Below the pieces are notes generated by a model. That model had not been told where the DNA came from, ran no database searches, and was given only the letters and a program-made list of their open reading frames with translations. Shown here one piece after another: positions 1 to 11,207 of a stretch of DNA of 64,000 bases. How positions within the stretch are numbered: position 1 is the stretch's first letter; the number at the start of each line of letters is the position of its first letter. Source of the stretch: Perna viridis (taxonomy: Eukaryota); assembly GCA_037379345.1 (NCBI GenBank), contig CM074515.1, positions 14,508,001-14,572,000 of the forward strand, in the 5' to 3' direction. A program made the translations under genes and the position numbers.

Positions 1-1372
1 AAGGTGACATGTTGAGTCCTCTTCTGTTTAATTTCTTTATTGACGACTTAGTAAAACATTTTAACCAACCAAGTTTGGATCCAGTTGTTATTGAAGACTC
101 TTCTAGAAATATACAGTTATATGCTGATGATATTGTATTATTGTCTGAGAGCCAATCAGGGCTACAAAATTGTTTAAACAAATTATTTACGTATTGTGAT
201 TCATGGAGTCTTCAAGTTAACACTGATAAATCTAAAGTTATAGTGTTTAGTTCAAATGGGAAAAGTCATAAAAATACATTCCTATATAGTAATTTGAGTA
301 TTGAAATTGTGTCACACTATAACTACTTGGGCATCACTACGAAACATAACTGTAATTTTAATTAGCTATAAATTCCCTAACTGAAAAAGCAAGAAAAGCA
401 TTATTTAAAATTAGGAAAACTGTTGGTATGAATAACCCTTGTAGACTCTTGGAAAAATTATTAGATTCACTTGTTTCTCCCATTCTATTATATTGTAGTG
501 AAATTTGGGGTTTTGGTGTATCTTTGAAAGATTCTGACCCATTTTAGAAAGTGCATATCAAATTTATTAAAGAGATATTAGGGGTCCACTGTAAAGCCCC
601 CAATGATGCTTGTAGAGCTGAATTGGGTAGACTTCCCATGAAAAGTAAAGTAAACATGGCAGCTATTGGGTATTTGAATCACATTTTATCTGATCCCTGG
701 GATATAGTTACTTAATAAATAAACAAAGCTTGCTTAAGCTACACTTGGAGCAAATCAAACAAAGAATTATTGACCAGTGTACCCAAGAACAAAATACCAG
801 AATATATAACTCTTCCAAATTGTCATTTTTCCAAAGAGTCTATGAAATGGGTATAAGACCAGCTTATGTAGACAAATTATCTTGTTTATCTGATAGATCT
901 AATCTGTGCAAACTTAGAATTAGTGCACATCATTTAATGATTGAAAAAGGAAGACATTTGACCATTCCTAGAAATAATAGATTATGTCCAGTTTGTAATA
1001 GTGAACACATTGAAAATGAAATACACTTTTTATTTAGTTGTAGTGCATATAATACACAAAGAAATATATTTCAAAATAAAATTTGCAACTACTATAAAAA
1101 TTTTAATAATAGAGATGTAACCATAAAAGTAAACCTAATTTTAAATAGCAACACTCTTCCTGCTCTTAAAATGTCTTCCTCCATATCTAAATGACTTGAT
1201 CTAAGGAAAACTTTATCATAATTATTTCATATTTCAGTGTAATTGCCGAATTATTGTTACAGTCTCAACATTATATATGTATATTGATAATGTCATATAT
1301 ATATATATCTTTGAATATAATGGGCCTTAACCATTTCTTACATCTGAGTTTGAGCCAATAAAATATTTGTAT
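1..1372 (+). mobile_element. Degenerate non-LTR retrotransposon (LINE) 3' part: RT core and C-terminal Cys/His motif
   Basis: ORF 9-365 has LSPLLFNFFIDDL, LYADD and YNYLG RT motifs. ORF 730-1194 has LRISAHHLMIEKGRH..CPVC..ENEIHFLFSC. Stops and frameshifts lie between the two ORFs. AATAAA near 1357. The element runs off the window start. Confidence 0.85.
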
Positions 1373-4019
1373 TGGTATGAACACTCCATACGCAGGTTAT
1401 GGATCTTTAAAAGATCTTTTGAGTTCATGTTTTGTATATATTGAGGGTATAGGTAGGGAAGCAGGAAACAGACATTTTATTTTTTTGGTCTTATGTTCAA
1501 TAGATCCTCTTTAGCTTTGTGTTAACTTTCTAAGCAGTCTCAGTTGATACTTTCACAAGGTCAATGCTACATGTTTCTGTACAAAACTTTTACTACCAAG
1601 ATTTTTGCTGTTTTGTAATATTACTCATACCTGTACCAACTTTTCCCCGTTCCATAATATTTTGCCAAATTATTCATAATTACAGAATATTGCATGAGAT
1701 ACATGTACATGTATGCAAAAGCTCATTTCAAGTCATTCCTAGTCATAAAAATGAGGATTTTTGTTTTTACGATATTTATTATTTGACTGCTTTTCTGTTT
1801 TCTGAAGGCCCAAGATATGTAACCAGAAGTTACAGTACCAAACAAATTTCTTTTTATTTCTCACTTTATTGTCCTAATATTATATATTTCTGAAAACATT
1901 CAGTGGTTAAAACATCACGTATAGACTTTGAGTCAAATTTTGAAAGACATGATATTGCAGACTCTAATTTAGATAATGATGACTAGGTGAACTTTTACTA
2001 AATGCTGTTTAAAAATAACAAAATTGACATTTTTATAAAACTGCAAAAAGTTACTGATTGTACATTTATAATGGTATGGCACTGTCACTTCCTATAGACA
2101 CTTGGTTTTTTGCTGATAACTTGAATATTAGCTGGTTGATCTTTATAAAATTTAATCACAAGGCAGGGATCAACACTAATTTTGGAGAGGACTACTTGAA
2201 AAAATTTCATGGTAGTCCTATGAGCTATCTAAATTTTACCTTCTTTTGTATAAGATTGAAGAACAGAACCATTATTACTGTCTGCAGACTATATGTATCT
2301 ATTTTACATCTGAAGTAGTCCTGCTGACTACCAAACAAATAAGTTAGTGTCAAACCCTTCAAGCTTCCAATTCACAAAAATGTTTGTATTGATTTTGGGG
2401 ATTATGGACCCATCTGTTATAGAATTAGGGGCCAAAACAAGCATTTCATAGAATTTAACTATTTACAAATGTAGCTTCAGTGAAAGCAGAGGAAATTGAT
2501 GTTCAACAATATTTTATACCACAAGTTAATGGTCGGACTGGTATTGATTTTGGGTGTGTAGACTTAATAGGCTGTCCATGTTAACACCAGAAAGATCCTA
2601 TGATATGAGTGGCTCAGGATAAATTTTATCCCACTGAATTTTTAGTTCCAATGTAATGTATAGACCATTTGTACCAGTATGTCTAAAAGTAAAAAGTTTG
2701 TTTTGAATTGACAATGGATGGCTCAGAAAATGGTTTTAAAGTTTCCCAACAAAGCTTTAATTCAAGAGTTGCCTCATTTTTTCAATGAATTTCAGTGCTT
2801 TCTATGTAAGTTATTTCTCTTTTATCATTGCAGTTAATCCAAAAACCAACTTTGAAGAAGGATGCATTTATTATATGAAGTGGGTGAAAAAAATTTGAAA
2901 ACAAAATTTGTCATGTGCCACCTGCTTTTTACATCGGCAGCCTCTTAAACAATTTTTAAATTAGAGGTCAAAAGGTGGGCACCAGATACATGCATTGTCA
3001 TAATGTCCAGACAATAACTTGACTATTTGTGAATGGATTGCTTCAACATTGTGTAACAAGGTGCCTCATCACCAAAGGAAAGCTGGGATTTTTGTGGGTT
3101 AAGATATGGTATAAACTAAACGCCTCTCAATTAAATCAACCAAAGCAAGAGCAATATATCTTGTAACAAACATATCACATAATTGAATATAAATAGGGAA
3201 TGAATAGCTTCGAAATTGTACCACAAGTGCCATACCACCAAAGAAAGGTATGGATTGATTTTGGAGGTTTAAACTTCAACCATTTAGGAATAATGGGCCA
3301 AAAAAATAACATCTTCAAATCTGGTCAAAATCTTATCCCTTGTCAAATATCTTACCGTAATTCAAAGCAGAATCAAGTTCAAATGATGTGTCTATACTTG
3401 CACCAACTGTTCAGGGTTTGACCTCAGTGGTCATAAAAAGCTGCAGCTTGTGAAACATTTTATTGTCTATATAATTTTTACAAAGACAAAGACAAATGAG
3501 AGAAGTGAGCACATCAAGGAAAATATTTTGCTAATTTCTCCCTCTAGATTAGGCCTTGATATTGTTTAAAAAAAAAAGAAATGCCAGAGTTTAAATTCTG
3601 TACAGTACTTAGCATCAGTCCCAATGTCAGCAGATAATGGATACCATCAAAAGTTAAAAACTACAGTCTCATAAGCATAATCTTATGTGATTATAATTTA
3701 TTGTCCTTGATTATTTTGATACTATTATGATGTTGTAATGTTAATACATGTATATCTATTAAAATTGTACAGGTAACAAATATTCCAGACTTTGATTTTG
3801 GGTACACGAATTTCAGGTTACTCATTTTAAAAATCATAGATTCTAGCTCGGCCATCATGTGTTTTTGTAAATGTGTACCAACTTTCAGCTGGAGATATTT
3901 CGTAATAATGGAAATATCTGCAAAATATTATTGGGAACAGGGAAAAGTAACTACCGGAATGAGCTACACATTTTTTAGGTATACCACCATATAGCTAATC
4001 AAATCTATTATTTTTCAAT

Positions 4020-4482
4020 GACTTTTCATTCAGAATTGTCAACTTTCCTTTCATCTGTGGCAACATCCCTTCGGCTCCTGCGTATGGAGTGTTCATATCA
4101 CAACTCATACGTTATGCGAGAGCTTGGTGAAACTACGCAGACTTTTTGTATCGCGCTAGAACTCTAACAAAGAGGCTTCTGGAACATGGTTATGTTTCTA
4201 CAAGATTGAAGTCATCACTACAGAAGTTTTATGGTCGTCATCATGAACTCATGGATCGTTATGGTGTATCCATCAGCACCATGAAAACTGATTTATTCAA
4301 CGGGTCAAAGTTTTTCTTTCCTCGTTTGTCTCCCCCGGACTTGACTTTTTATGAGCAACTCGGCGGGTGTTTCTAGAAAAGCAGAGGACGCTTATCCTAC
4401 CAGTGCACCTGGTCCATGATCCCAGTTTTTAGTGGAGTCCGAGTTGCTCATTTACTTTTGTTACTTTGTATGTATGATTTTA
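4020..4482 (+). mobile_element. Penelope-like retroelement fragment (RT C-terminus plus 3' non-coding region)
   Basis: The frame from 4020 reads DFSFRIVNFPFICGNIPSAPAYGVFISQLIRYARAW*NYADFLYRARTLTKRLLEHGY..LKSSLQKFYGRHHELMDRY, recognisable as the C-terminal part of invertebrate Penelope-like RTs. One in-frame TGA at 4128-4130. Confidence 0.7.
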
Positions 4483-5322
4483 AAAAAAAACTGCTTATTT
4501 TGTAGACCTTACCAGAAACACAGTAATTTGAAATACATATAAAGCAACCTTGAATACACATTCATTTTAGTACAAATCTGATCTTATTTTGTCTTAGTAT
4601 AATCTAACACTAGTTGTGGAGTAGTAGTTGTAATAGAATATAATGTGTCATCACTGAGCACTATAAGTGAATATTGTAAAAACAATGTAACTGTTCAAGG
4701 TACATGTGCATTATACTGTTCATATAGAATGTATATGGTACATGTACATGTATGTACATATTATTTTTTCAAAATAATGTTACATATTGTATATTAGGTT
4801 TTAGTTTTATAACATCTTCGAGGATTTTTTTTCTAAAAGCATTTTTCAAAATATAATTTTTTTTTTTAACTGCAGTGCATGTGTTTTTCTGGGAAATATG
4901 TTAAGAACTTTATCTCAACAGACTTTGGAAATTTCTGTAAGATTTTAATTTTGTCTGTTTATTTGTTGAATATTTGATGTTCATGTAAATATAAAGAAAG
5001 AGCTCTGCTAAATAACATGACAAAGCTACATGTAGGTCACACTGTAATTTGAATATCTATAGGTGTCATTACAGGATTAGAACTCATGTTTTGAGATAGT
5101 CAGTTGCAGTACATGTATATATAACACTTCTGAAGTCTTGTTTTTATTCTTGTAATAAACATTTTTTGAAAACCGCTTGAATCTTGGTTCCCTTGATTAC
5201 TTACAGAGATTGAAATGTGTTGGTGTCACAAAGAAGTAATATACCTGAAATTTCATACAGCTCTTGTAATATTAAGCAAATAAAATAGAATATAAATATA
5301 TAAAATATAAACTACATGGTAG

Positions 5323-5445
5323 TATTTAAGGCCACTAGGGATGTGTTTTCTATTATTTGAGGCCACTGGGGATGTGTTTTGTATTATTTAAGGCCCCTAG
5401 GGATGTGATTTCTATTATTTAAGGCTACTAGGGATGTGTTTTCTA
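5323..5445. repeat. 31-bp tandem repeat, about 4 copies
   Basis: Unit tattatttaaggccactagggatgtgttttc repeated with substitutions. Confidence 0.85.
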
Positions 5446-5593
5446 GTTGCTCATTTACTTTTGTTACTTTGTATGTATGATTTTAGTTACTTTATGTTCT
5501 TTGTTGTGTATGTCTGTTTTCCATGTCTGGTCTTTGTCCCTGGATTACATTCTTTTGATTACCGCTATAACCTTGGTTCCCTTGATTACTCTT
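5446..5593 (+). mobile_element. 3' non-coding segment of the Penelope-like family
   Basis: Starts with the same ~40 bp as 4443-4482 and aligns by eye with the 3' half of 10975-11207. Confidence 0.65.
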
Positions 5594-5752
5594 TTATTAT
5601 GCATTATTAACTATGATATAAAAACCAAAACAATCTTTCTATTTTATTGAAATGTATATGTGCATGTATGTGTAAGAGTGGCATTGTACTCTATAAATGA
5701 TGTTCATATAGATGGAATAAAATCATTTTTATAATGAAATACTGTTTTCCAG

Positions 5753-5877
5753 TCTTTCCACCCAGTCCAGTGAGTCCAGGCTGTGTTTCCATAGAATCCA
5801 CAGGTGATAGAGCAGGCTATGTCAACTTTGAAATTATATCAGCTGAAACAGTCAGGGAAGGTCATTCAAGCTATGTG
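5753..5877 (+). CDS. Sorting nexin 20/21-like, penultimate coding exon (start of PX domain)
   Basis: Acceptor ttttccag and donor GTatgt. Reads FPPSPVSPGCVSIESTGDRAGYVNFEIISAETVREGHSSYV and ends in phase 0, matching exon 7827. Confidence 0.8.
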
Positions 5878-6242
5878 GTATGTGCAATATATATGACCAT
5901 GATTTAATTGATAACAGTGAAGCAAAAAATTTTGGGAAATGTTTATGATTTAAAAAGGTCTTAAATTTGAAACTTTATAGAAAATTACAAAGTAATGGTA
6001 ATTTATGATTCATTTTGACATGTTATTGATGTAACAGCTCTTCTACATGTATGTATTTTGTATTAGTTAAGTCATATTTCCAAATTAAAAATATGACAAA
6101 AAGAAATTTTAGTGGGTAAACCCAAATTTGAATTTAAAAACAAGGCTAGAAATTTGTCAAAGGGAATATTCCCCTTTACAAAACAAAAACTTGCTACCAT
6201 CAGGTTAAAAAATCATTGTATATCATTTCAATGGCATATATG

Positions 6243-7000
6243 AACTTGTCACTATCTTATACCACAGGGACTTGAAGTCATGAGTTAGTAACTTGTCACT
6301 ATCTTATACCACAGGGACTTGAAGTCATGAGTTAGTAACTTGTCACTATCTTATACCACAGGGACTTGAAGTCATGAGTTAGTAACTTGTCACTATCTTA
6401 TACCACAGGGACTTGAAGTCATGAGTTAATAACTTGTCACTATCTTATACCACAGGGACTTGAAGTCATGAGTTAGTAACTTTTCACTATCTTATACCAC
6501 AGGGACTTGAAGTCATGAGTTAATAACTTGTCACTATCTTATACCACAGGGACTTGAAGTCATGAGTTAATAACTTGTCACTATCTTATACCACAGGGAC
6601 TTGAAGTCATGAGTTAATAACTTGTCACTATCTTATACCACAGGGACTTGAAGTCATGAGTTAGTAACTTGTCACTATCTTATACCACAGGGACTTGAAG
6701 TCATGAGTTAATAACTTGTCACTATCTTATACCACAGGGACTTGAAGTCATGAGTTAGTAACTTTTCACTATCTTATACCACAGGGACTTGAAGTCATGA
6801 GTTAGTAACTTTTCACTATCTTATACCACAGGGACTTGAAGTCATGAGTTAGTAACTTTTCACTATCTTATACCACAGGGACTTGAAGTCATGAGTTAGT
6901 AACTTGTCACTATCTTATACCACAGGGACTTGAAGTCATGAGTTAGTAACTTTTCACTATCTTATACCACAGGGACTTGAAGTCATGAGTTAATAACTTG
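6243..7000. repeat. 47-bp minisatellite, about 16 copies, intronic
   Basis: Unit aacttgtcactatcttataccacagggacttgaagtcatgagttagt. Copies are nearly identical. Confidence 0.95.
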
Positions 7001-7826
7001 AAATCGTCAAGCATTGTGCTAAAATGTTCTTATATCATTTAGTTTACATGTTACTGTCCATGGTCAAACACTTAGAACTCATTGATAGTAAAATGTCAAA
7101 CATGTTCAAACATCATTTTAGTGCAATTTCGGCAATTTTTGTATACAACTCGGGAGCTCAGGCCTCGTTGTCTAAAACTGGAGTGGGCTGGTGATATGAA
7201 TACTTTTCCTGGAAAACAGCCATTTAGGTTGATAAATAGCATGCTGCATTTTTGTGATAAACTACATTTATGAAATTTACTTTCAATTACGACAAGTAGT
7301 AAAGTTAACTTCAGGGATTATATTTGGTCTTCCCTCCACAATCACCAGATGAACTGTCTTTAGGCTTATATAGTAACTGGACATTTTACAAAAAGAACTT
7401 TGTATCTAACATAGATAAAATAGCTATGAAATGATAGAAACTTTTAAATCTCCTTGTTAGTTTTCTAGTTAAATATATAAGATATTTCATTTGGTAATGT
7501 GCATTTAATCAAGGAAAGACAACTCTATTCCCTAAAGTTAAATAATATTACTCGCTGTAATATCATTTGACCAGACATGAGTGGTTTCTATACAGTTATC
7601 ATCACTTATTTTCACTGTGTTCTTTTAATTTTTGTGCAAACACTTTTACCATTTATTAGACTGATTTATTTTATACATGCATATACCATAAAAATTTCAT
7701 TTTATAGATTTTGTATATTAAAAACTATTTCATCGCACCACAAAAATTGGTACGAAGTAATATTTTTTTAGATCATTTGTTAAGTTAGAGATAACATTTA
7801 CATTGTATGTTTTTTTTTTATTTTAG

Positions 7827-8495
7827 AGTTATCAGATTTTAATATCAGGACATGGGATAGAGAAGACCCCAGGTATTGTACAGAAAAGATATTCAGACTT
7901 TGAGAAATACCATCTTAAACTGAAGAAGAAATTTCCTACTACTATGGAAACAGTTGCTTTCCCTGGGAAAGTATTAATTGGAAATTTAAAGAGTGAAACA
8001 ATAGCTAAAAGAAGTAGGGCATTTGAACAATATCTTAATCATGTGATATCAGTTAGTGAAATAAGATTTTCTACAGAAACTCAAATGTTTTTCTATGGGA
8101 TTGAACTGAGAAAAGGTTTTGATTTATTATTGAAGGAGAAATATGCAGAAGCCATTGCAGTATTTGAAAAATATCTTCCTGTACAAGAAAAAATACTTGG
8201 TCCCCAAAACAAAAATGTGATTAAGACAATCTGTTCTCTTGTTGCATGTTGTAAGAAATTAGGAGATCGTGAAAGAGCCATGAAGTATTCTACTATTGGG
8301 TTATCATGTATTGGAGGTGATATTCATAATGTGTATTACCTCCCTTTGATTCACGACTGCATTTATCTACATTGGGTTCTAGAGAAAGAGAAGGCACATT
8401 TAGAAGCCAAACTTGGAGAGCTCAGGGATAAAGGAATCGAAACAGAAACCAATACTAATTTGCTAGATGTCATAACAGCTGAAATTAGCAGCTGA
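7827..8495 (+). CDS. SNX21: Sorting nexin 20/21-like, last coding exon (PX domain plus TPR-like PXB region)
   Basis: Poly-T tract and AG at 7825-7826. SYQILIS..VQKRYSDFEKYHLKLKKKFP..FPGK..ETIAKRSRAFEQYL is a PX signature, followed by a helical TPR-like C-terminus. In frame with ORF 7944-8495. SNX20 and SNX21 cannot be distinguished from sequence alone. Confidence 0.85.
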   Translation, partial: SYQILISGHGIEKTPGIVQKRYSDFEKYHLKLKKKFPTTMETVAFPGKVLIGNLKSETIAKRSRAFEQYLNHVISVSEIRFSTETQMFFYGIELRKGFDLLLKEKYAEAIAVFEKYLPVQEKILGPQNKNVIKTICSLVACCKKLGDRERAMKYSTIGLSCIGGDIHNVYYLPLIHDCIYLHWVLEKEKAHLEAKLGELRDKGIETETNTNLLDVITAEISS

Positions 8496-9191
8496 TGATA
8501 TTTTTACACAAGTTAAAGTAGATCTGTGATTGATCTCAAAGCATTTTAGTGGAAGTATGAACTGAAAGTTTTAAACATATATCTGTGATAAAGGAATTTA
8601 ATCTTGCTTCTGAGAGAGTACACAGAGTGTGTTTTACAATAACTTTGCAATTTTTATTGATTTTATTTGTTATGTTATATTAAAAGTGCTCAGTTTGATG
8701 TGAGATGCACTCCCTTATATAGTAGTTACTATACTGTAAAATATTACTTTAGTTCATCTGATGCATTCAATTTCAGAAAGTAGACTGGATTTCACTTAAT
8801 TGCATGCTTGTTAAATTGCATAGTTGTACGCAAGTATGTTAGTCAGTATATAGGTATATACAGATAAAGTATTGATAACTATAATGAGTTCAGTACAGTT
8901 TTCTTTGGTAAGATTATTCCAATACATCATCTATAGTTTGATATTGTCTTGTACATTTTGATTTTCTTGAACACAACAGTCATTTGTTTTCTACTTTTTG
9001 TGGGAGAAAAATAATTTTGAAATAAGCAATGCATTTTTTAGATCTTTAGAAAGAACATTTGAGAACTGGGCATTCATTAATTATAGCTACATATTATGGA
9101 TTACCCACTATGTAAGTACATGTAGTACTGTATGTATTTCTTAATCATTTGTAAACCAGACACATATCTATAATATTTATCATTTACATAC

Positions 9192-10598
9192 AACTGATGT
9201 GGGGATTTTTGATTCATTGAAAAACATGGCTGCTGTTACTAAAAATAGAACATAGGGGTCAGACAGTAGTTTTTACATATATCTCCAAAACTGTTAGGTT
9301 AGCTAAATTTTTGCCAGTTAAAAGTGTTCAGCATGATGAGATCTATCTCTGATCAAGTTTTGGTTTTAATCCATTAAGCCATGTTGGAGTTATTGCCCTT
9401 TTTCAACGATTTTTGATATTTTTAATGTTATTTCTTTCAAAAATATTCTCCTCTGACACTACTTGACCAATTGAAACCAAATTTGGTATGAATCTTTCTT
9501 TGGGTATCCTGCATAGAACTAATGTGGGGATTTTTTAATTCGTCGAAAAGCATGGCCACCGTTTTTAAAAATAGAACATAGGGGTCAGACAGTAGATTTT
9601 TCACATATATCTCCAAAACCGTTAGGTTTAGCTAAATTCTGACATAGCTAAAAGTGTTCAGCATTATGAGATCTGTCTGGGCAAATTTTGGTTTTAATCC
9701 ATTAAGCCATGTTGGAGTCATTGCTTTTTTTTCAACGATTTTTGCTATTTTTAATGTTATTTCTTTAAAAAATCTTCTCCTCTGACACTACTTGACCAAT
9801 TGAAACCAAACTTATTATGAATGATCCTTGTGATATCCTGCATAGAACTGATGTGGGGATTTTTGATCTATCAAAAAACATGGCCCCCCATTACTGAAAA
9901 TAGAACATAGGGGTCAGGCAGTAGATTTTTGAATATATCTCCAAAACTGTTAGGTTTAGCTAAATTCTGACCCAGTAAAGGTGTTCAGCATGATGAGATC
10001 TATCTCTGGTCAAATTTTGGTTTTAATCCATTAAGCCATGTTGGAGTTATTGCCCTTTTTCAACGATTTTTGCTATTTTTAATGTTATTTCTTTAAAAAA
10101 TGTTCTCCTCTGACACTACTTGATCAATTGAAACCAAACTTAGTATGAATGTTCCTTGTGATATCCTGCATAGAACTGATGTGGGGATTTTTTATCTATC
10201 AAAAAACATGGCCCCCATTACTAAAAATAGAACATAGGGGTCAGGCAGTAGTTTTTCGCATATATCTCAAAACAGTTAGGTTTAGCCAAACTCTTTCAAT
10301 TGCTGAAATGATCAATATCATAAGGCCTTTAAAGATCTTCAGGGATTAAAGTTGTCAGGCGACTCCTTGTAAGAGTTATGCCCTTGAAAGATTAATTCTT
10401 TTATTACAGTTTTCAGCCAATATCTTGAAACCTATAATAGTTAGACAGAAACTTTCAATTGCTGAAAAGATCCTTATGATAAGTCCTACCAAGGTCTTTT
10501 TGAGTCAAAATTGTTGGACATCTCCTTGTTAAATTTATTACCCTTGAAAGACAAACTTAAACCAGGTGAGCAATTCAGGCTCCTGGGAGCCTCTTGTT
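9192..10598 (+). mobile_element. Non-autonomous Helentron/HINE-like element with internal ~328-bp tandem array (about 3.3 units), 5' truncated
   Basis: Units start at 9192, 9517, 9846 and 10174. The terminus is caggtgagc plus palindrome aggctcctgggagcct plus cttgtt. Same family as 62262-63130. Confidence 0.75.
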
Positions 10599-10974
10599 TT
10601 ATTAAATTTGAAAGTGTTTCAGTGTTAATTTGTAAAAATTTGTTTTCACACAGAAGAGAAGTTTAGCAATTGGGTATTTTGGCATAATATTGTGTTTTTT
10701 AAGCCATTGGAGAAACAAAAAAATGTACAGGTAGTTCGCCATTTATCTTATGGTTTAAGTGGCATGAAGTGAGAAATATGTTAGATCTTTGATTTTATGA
10801 AATCCATTTTCATATCTTTGATACCCAATTATTAGCTATATTTTATACTCTTTCTAAAACTAAGTTGAGGTATAGAGTAATCTTTAAAACTGTCTGTCTG
10901 GCACAGTTTAGGTATCTGGATAAGAATCAGTTTTCCTTTTCCCTTTTGTCTACCCTTAACTTTACTTTTTTTTA

Positions 10975-11207
10975 GCAAAATGGTGGGTGTTTTTAGAAAA
11001 GCTGAGGATGGTTACCCTACTGGTGCAACTGGTCCTTGCTCCCAGTTTTCAGTAGAGTCCTATTTGCTCATTTGCTTGTATTACTTTGTATTATTTTGGT
11101 TATTTTATGTTCTTTGTTGAGTGTGTCTGTTTTCCATGTCTGGTCTTTTGTCCTTGGATTACATTCTTTTGATTTCTGCTAGAATCTTTGTTCCCTTAAT
11201 TACTCTT
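10975..11207 (+). mobile_element. Diverged copy of the Penelope-like 3' non-coding region
   Basis: Aligns by eye with 4354-4482 joined to 5486-5593. Confidence 0.65.

Noticed and set aside
1904-1990. Exon-like acidic segment (VKTSRIDFESNFERHDIADSNLDNDD) as an upstream SNX exon
   Set aside because: An in-frame TAG lies immediately before the GT, and the acceptor is weak. At best a decayed exon.
2834-2885. Strong acceptor-like tract followed by a short open frame
   Set aside because: No donor gives the phase 1 required by exon 5753, and there is no recognisable similarity.
6243-7000. CRISPR-like appearance of regular repeats
   Set aside because: The units are head-to-tail with no unique spacers, the context is eukaryotic, and there are no cas genes.
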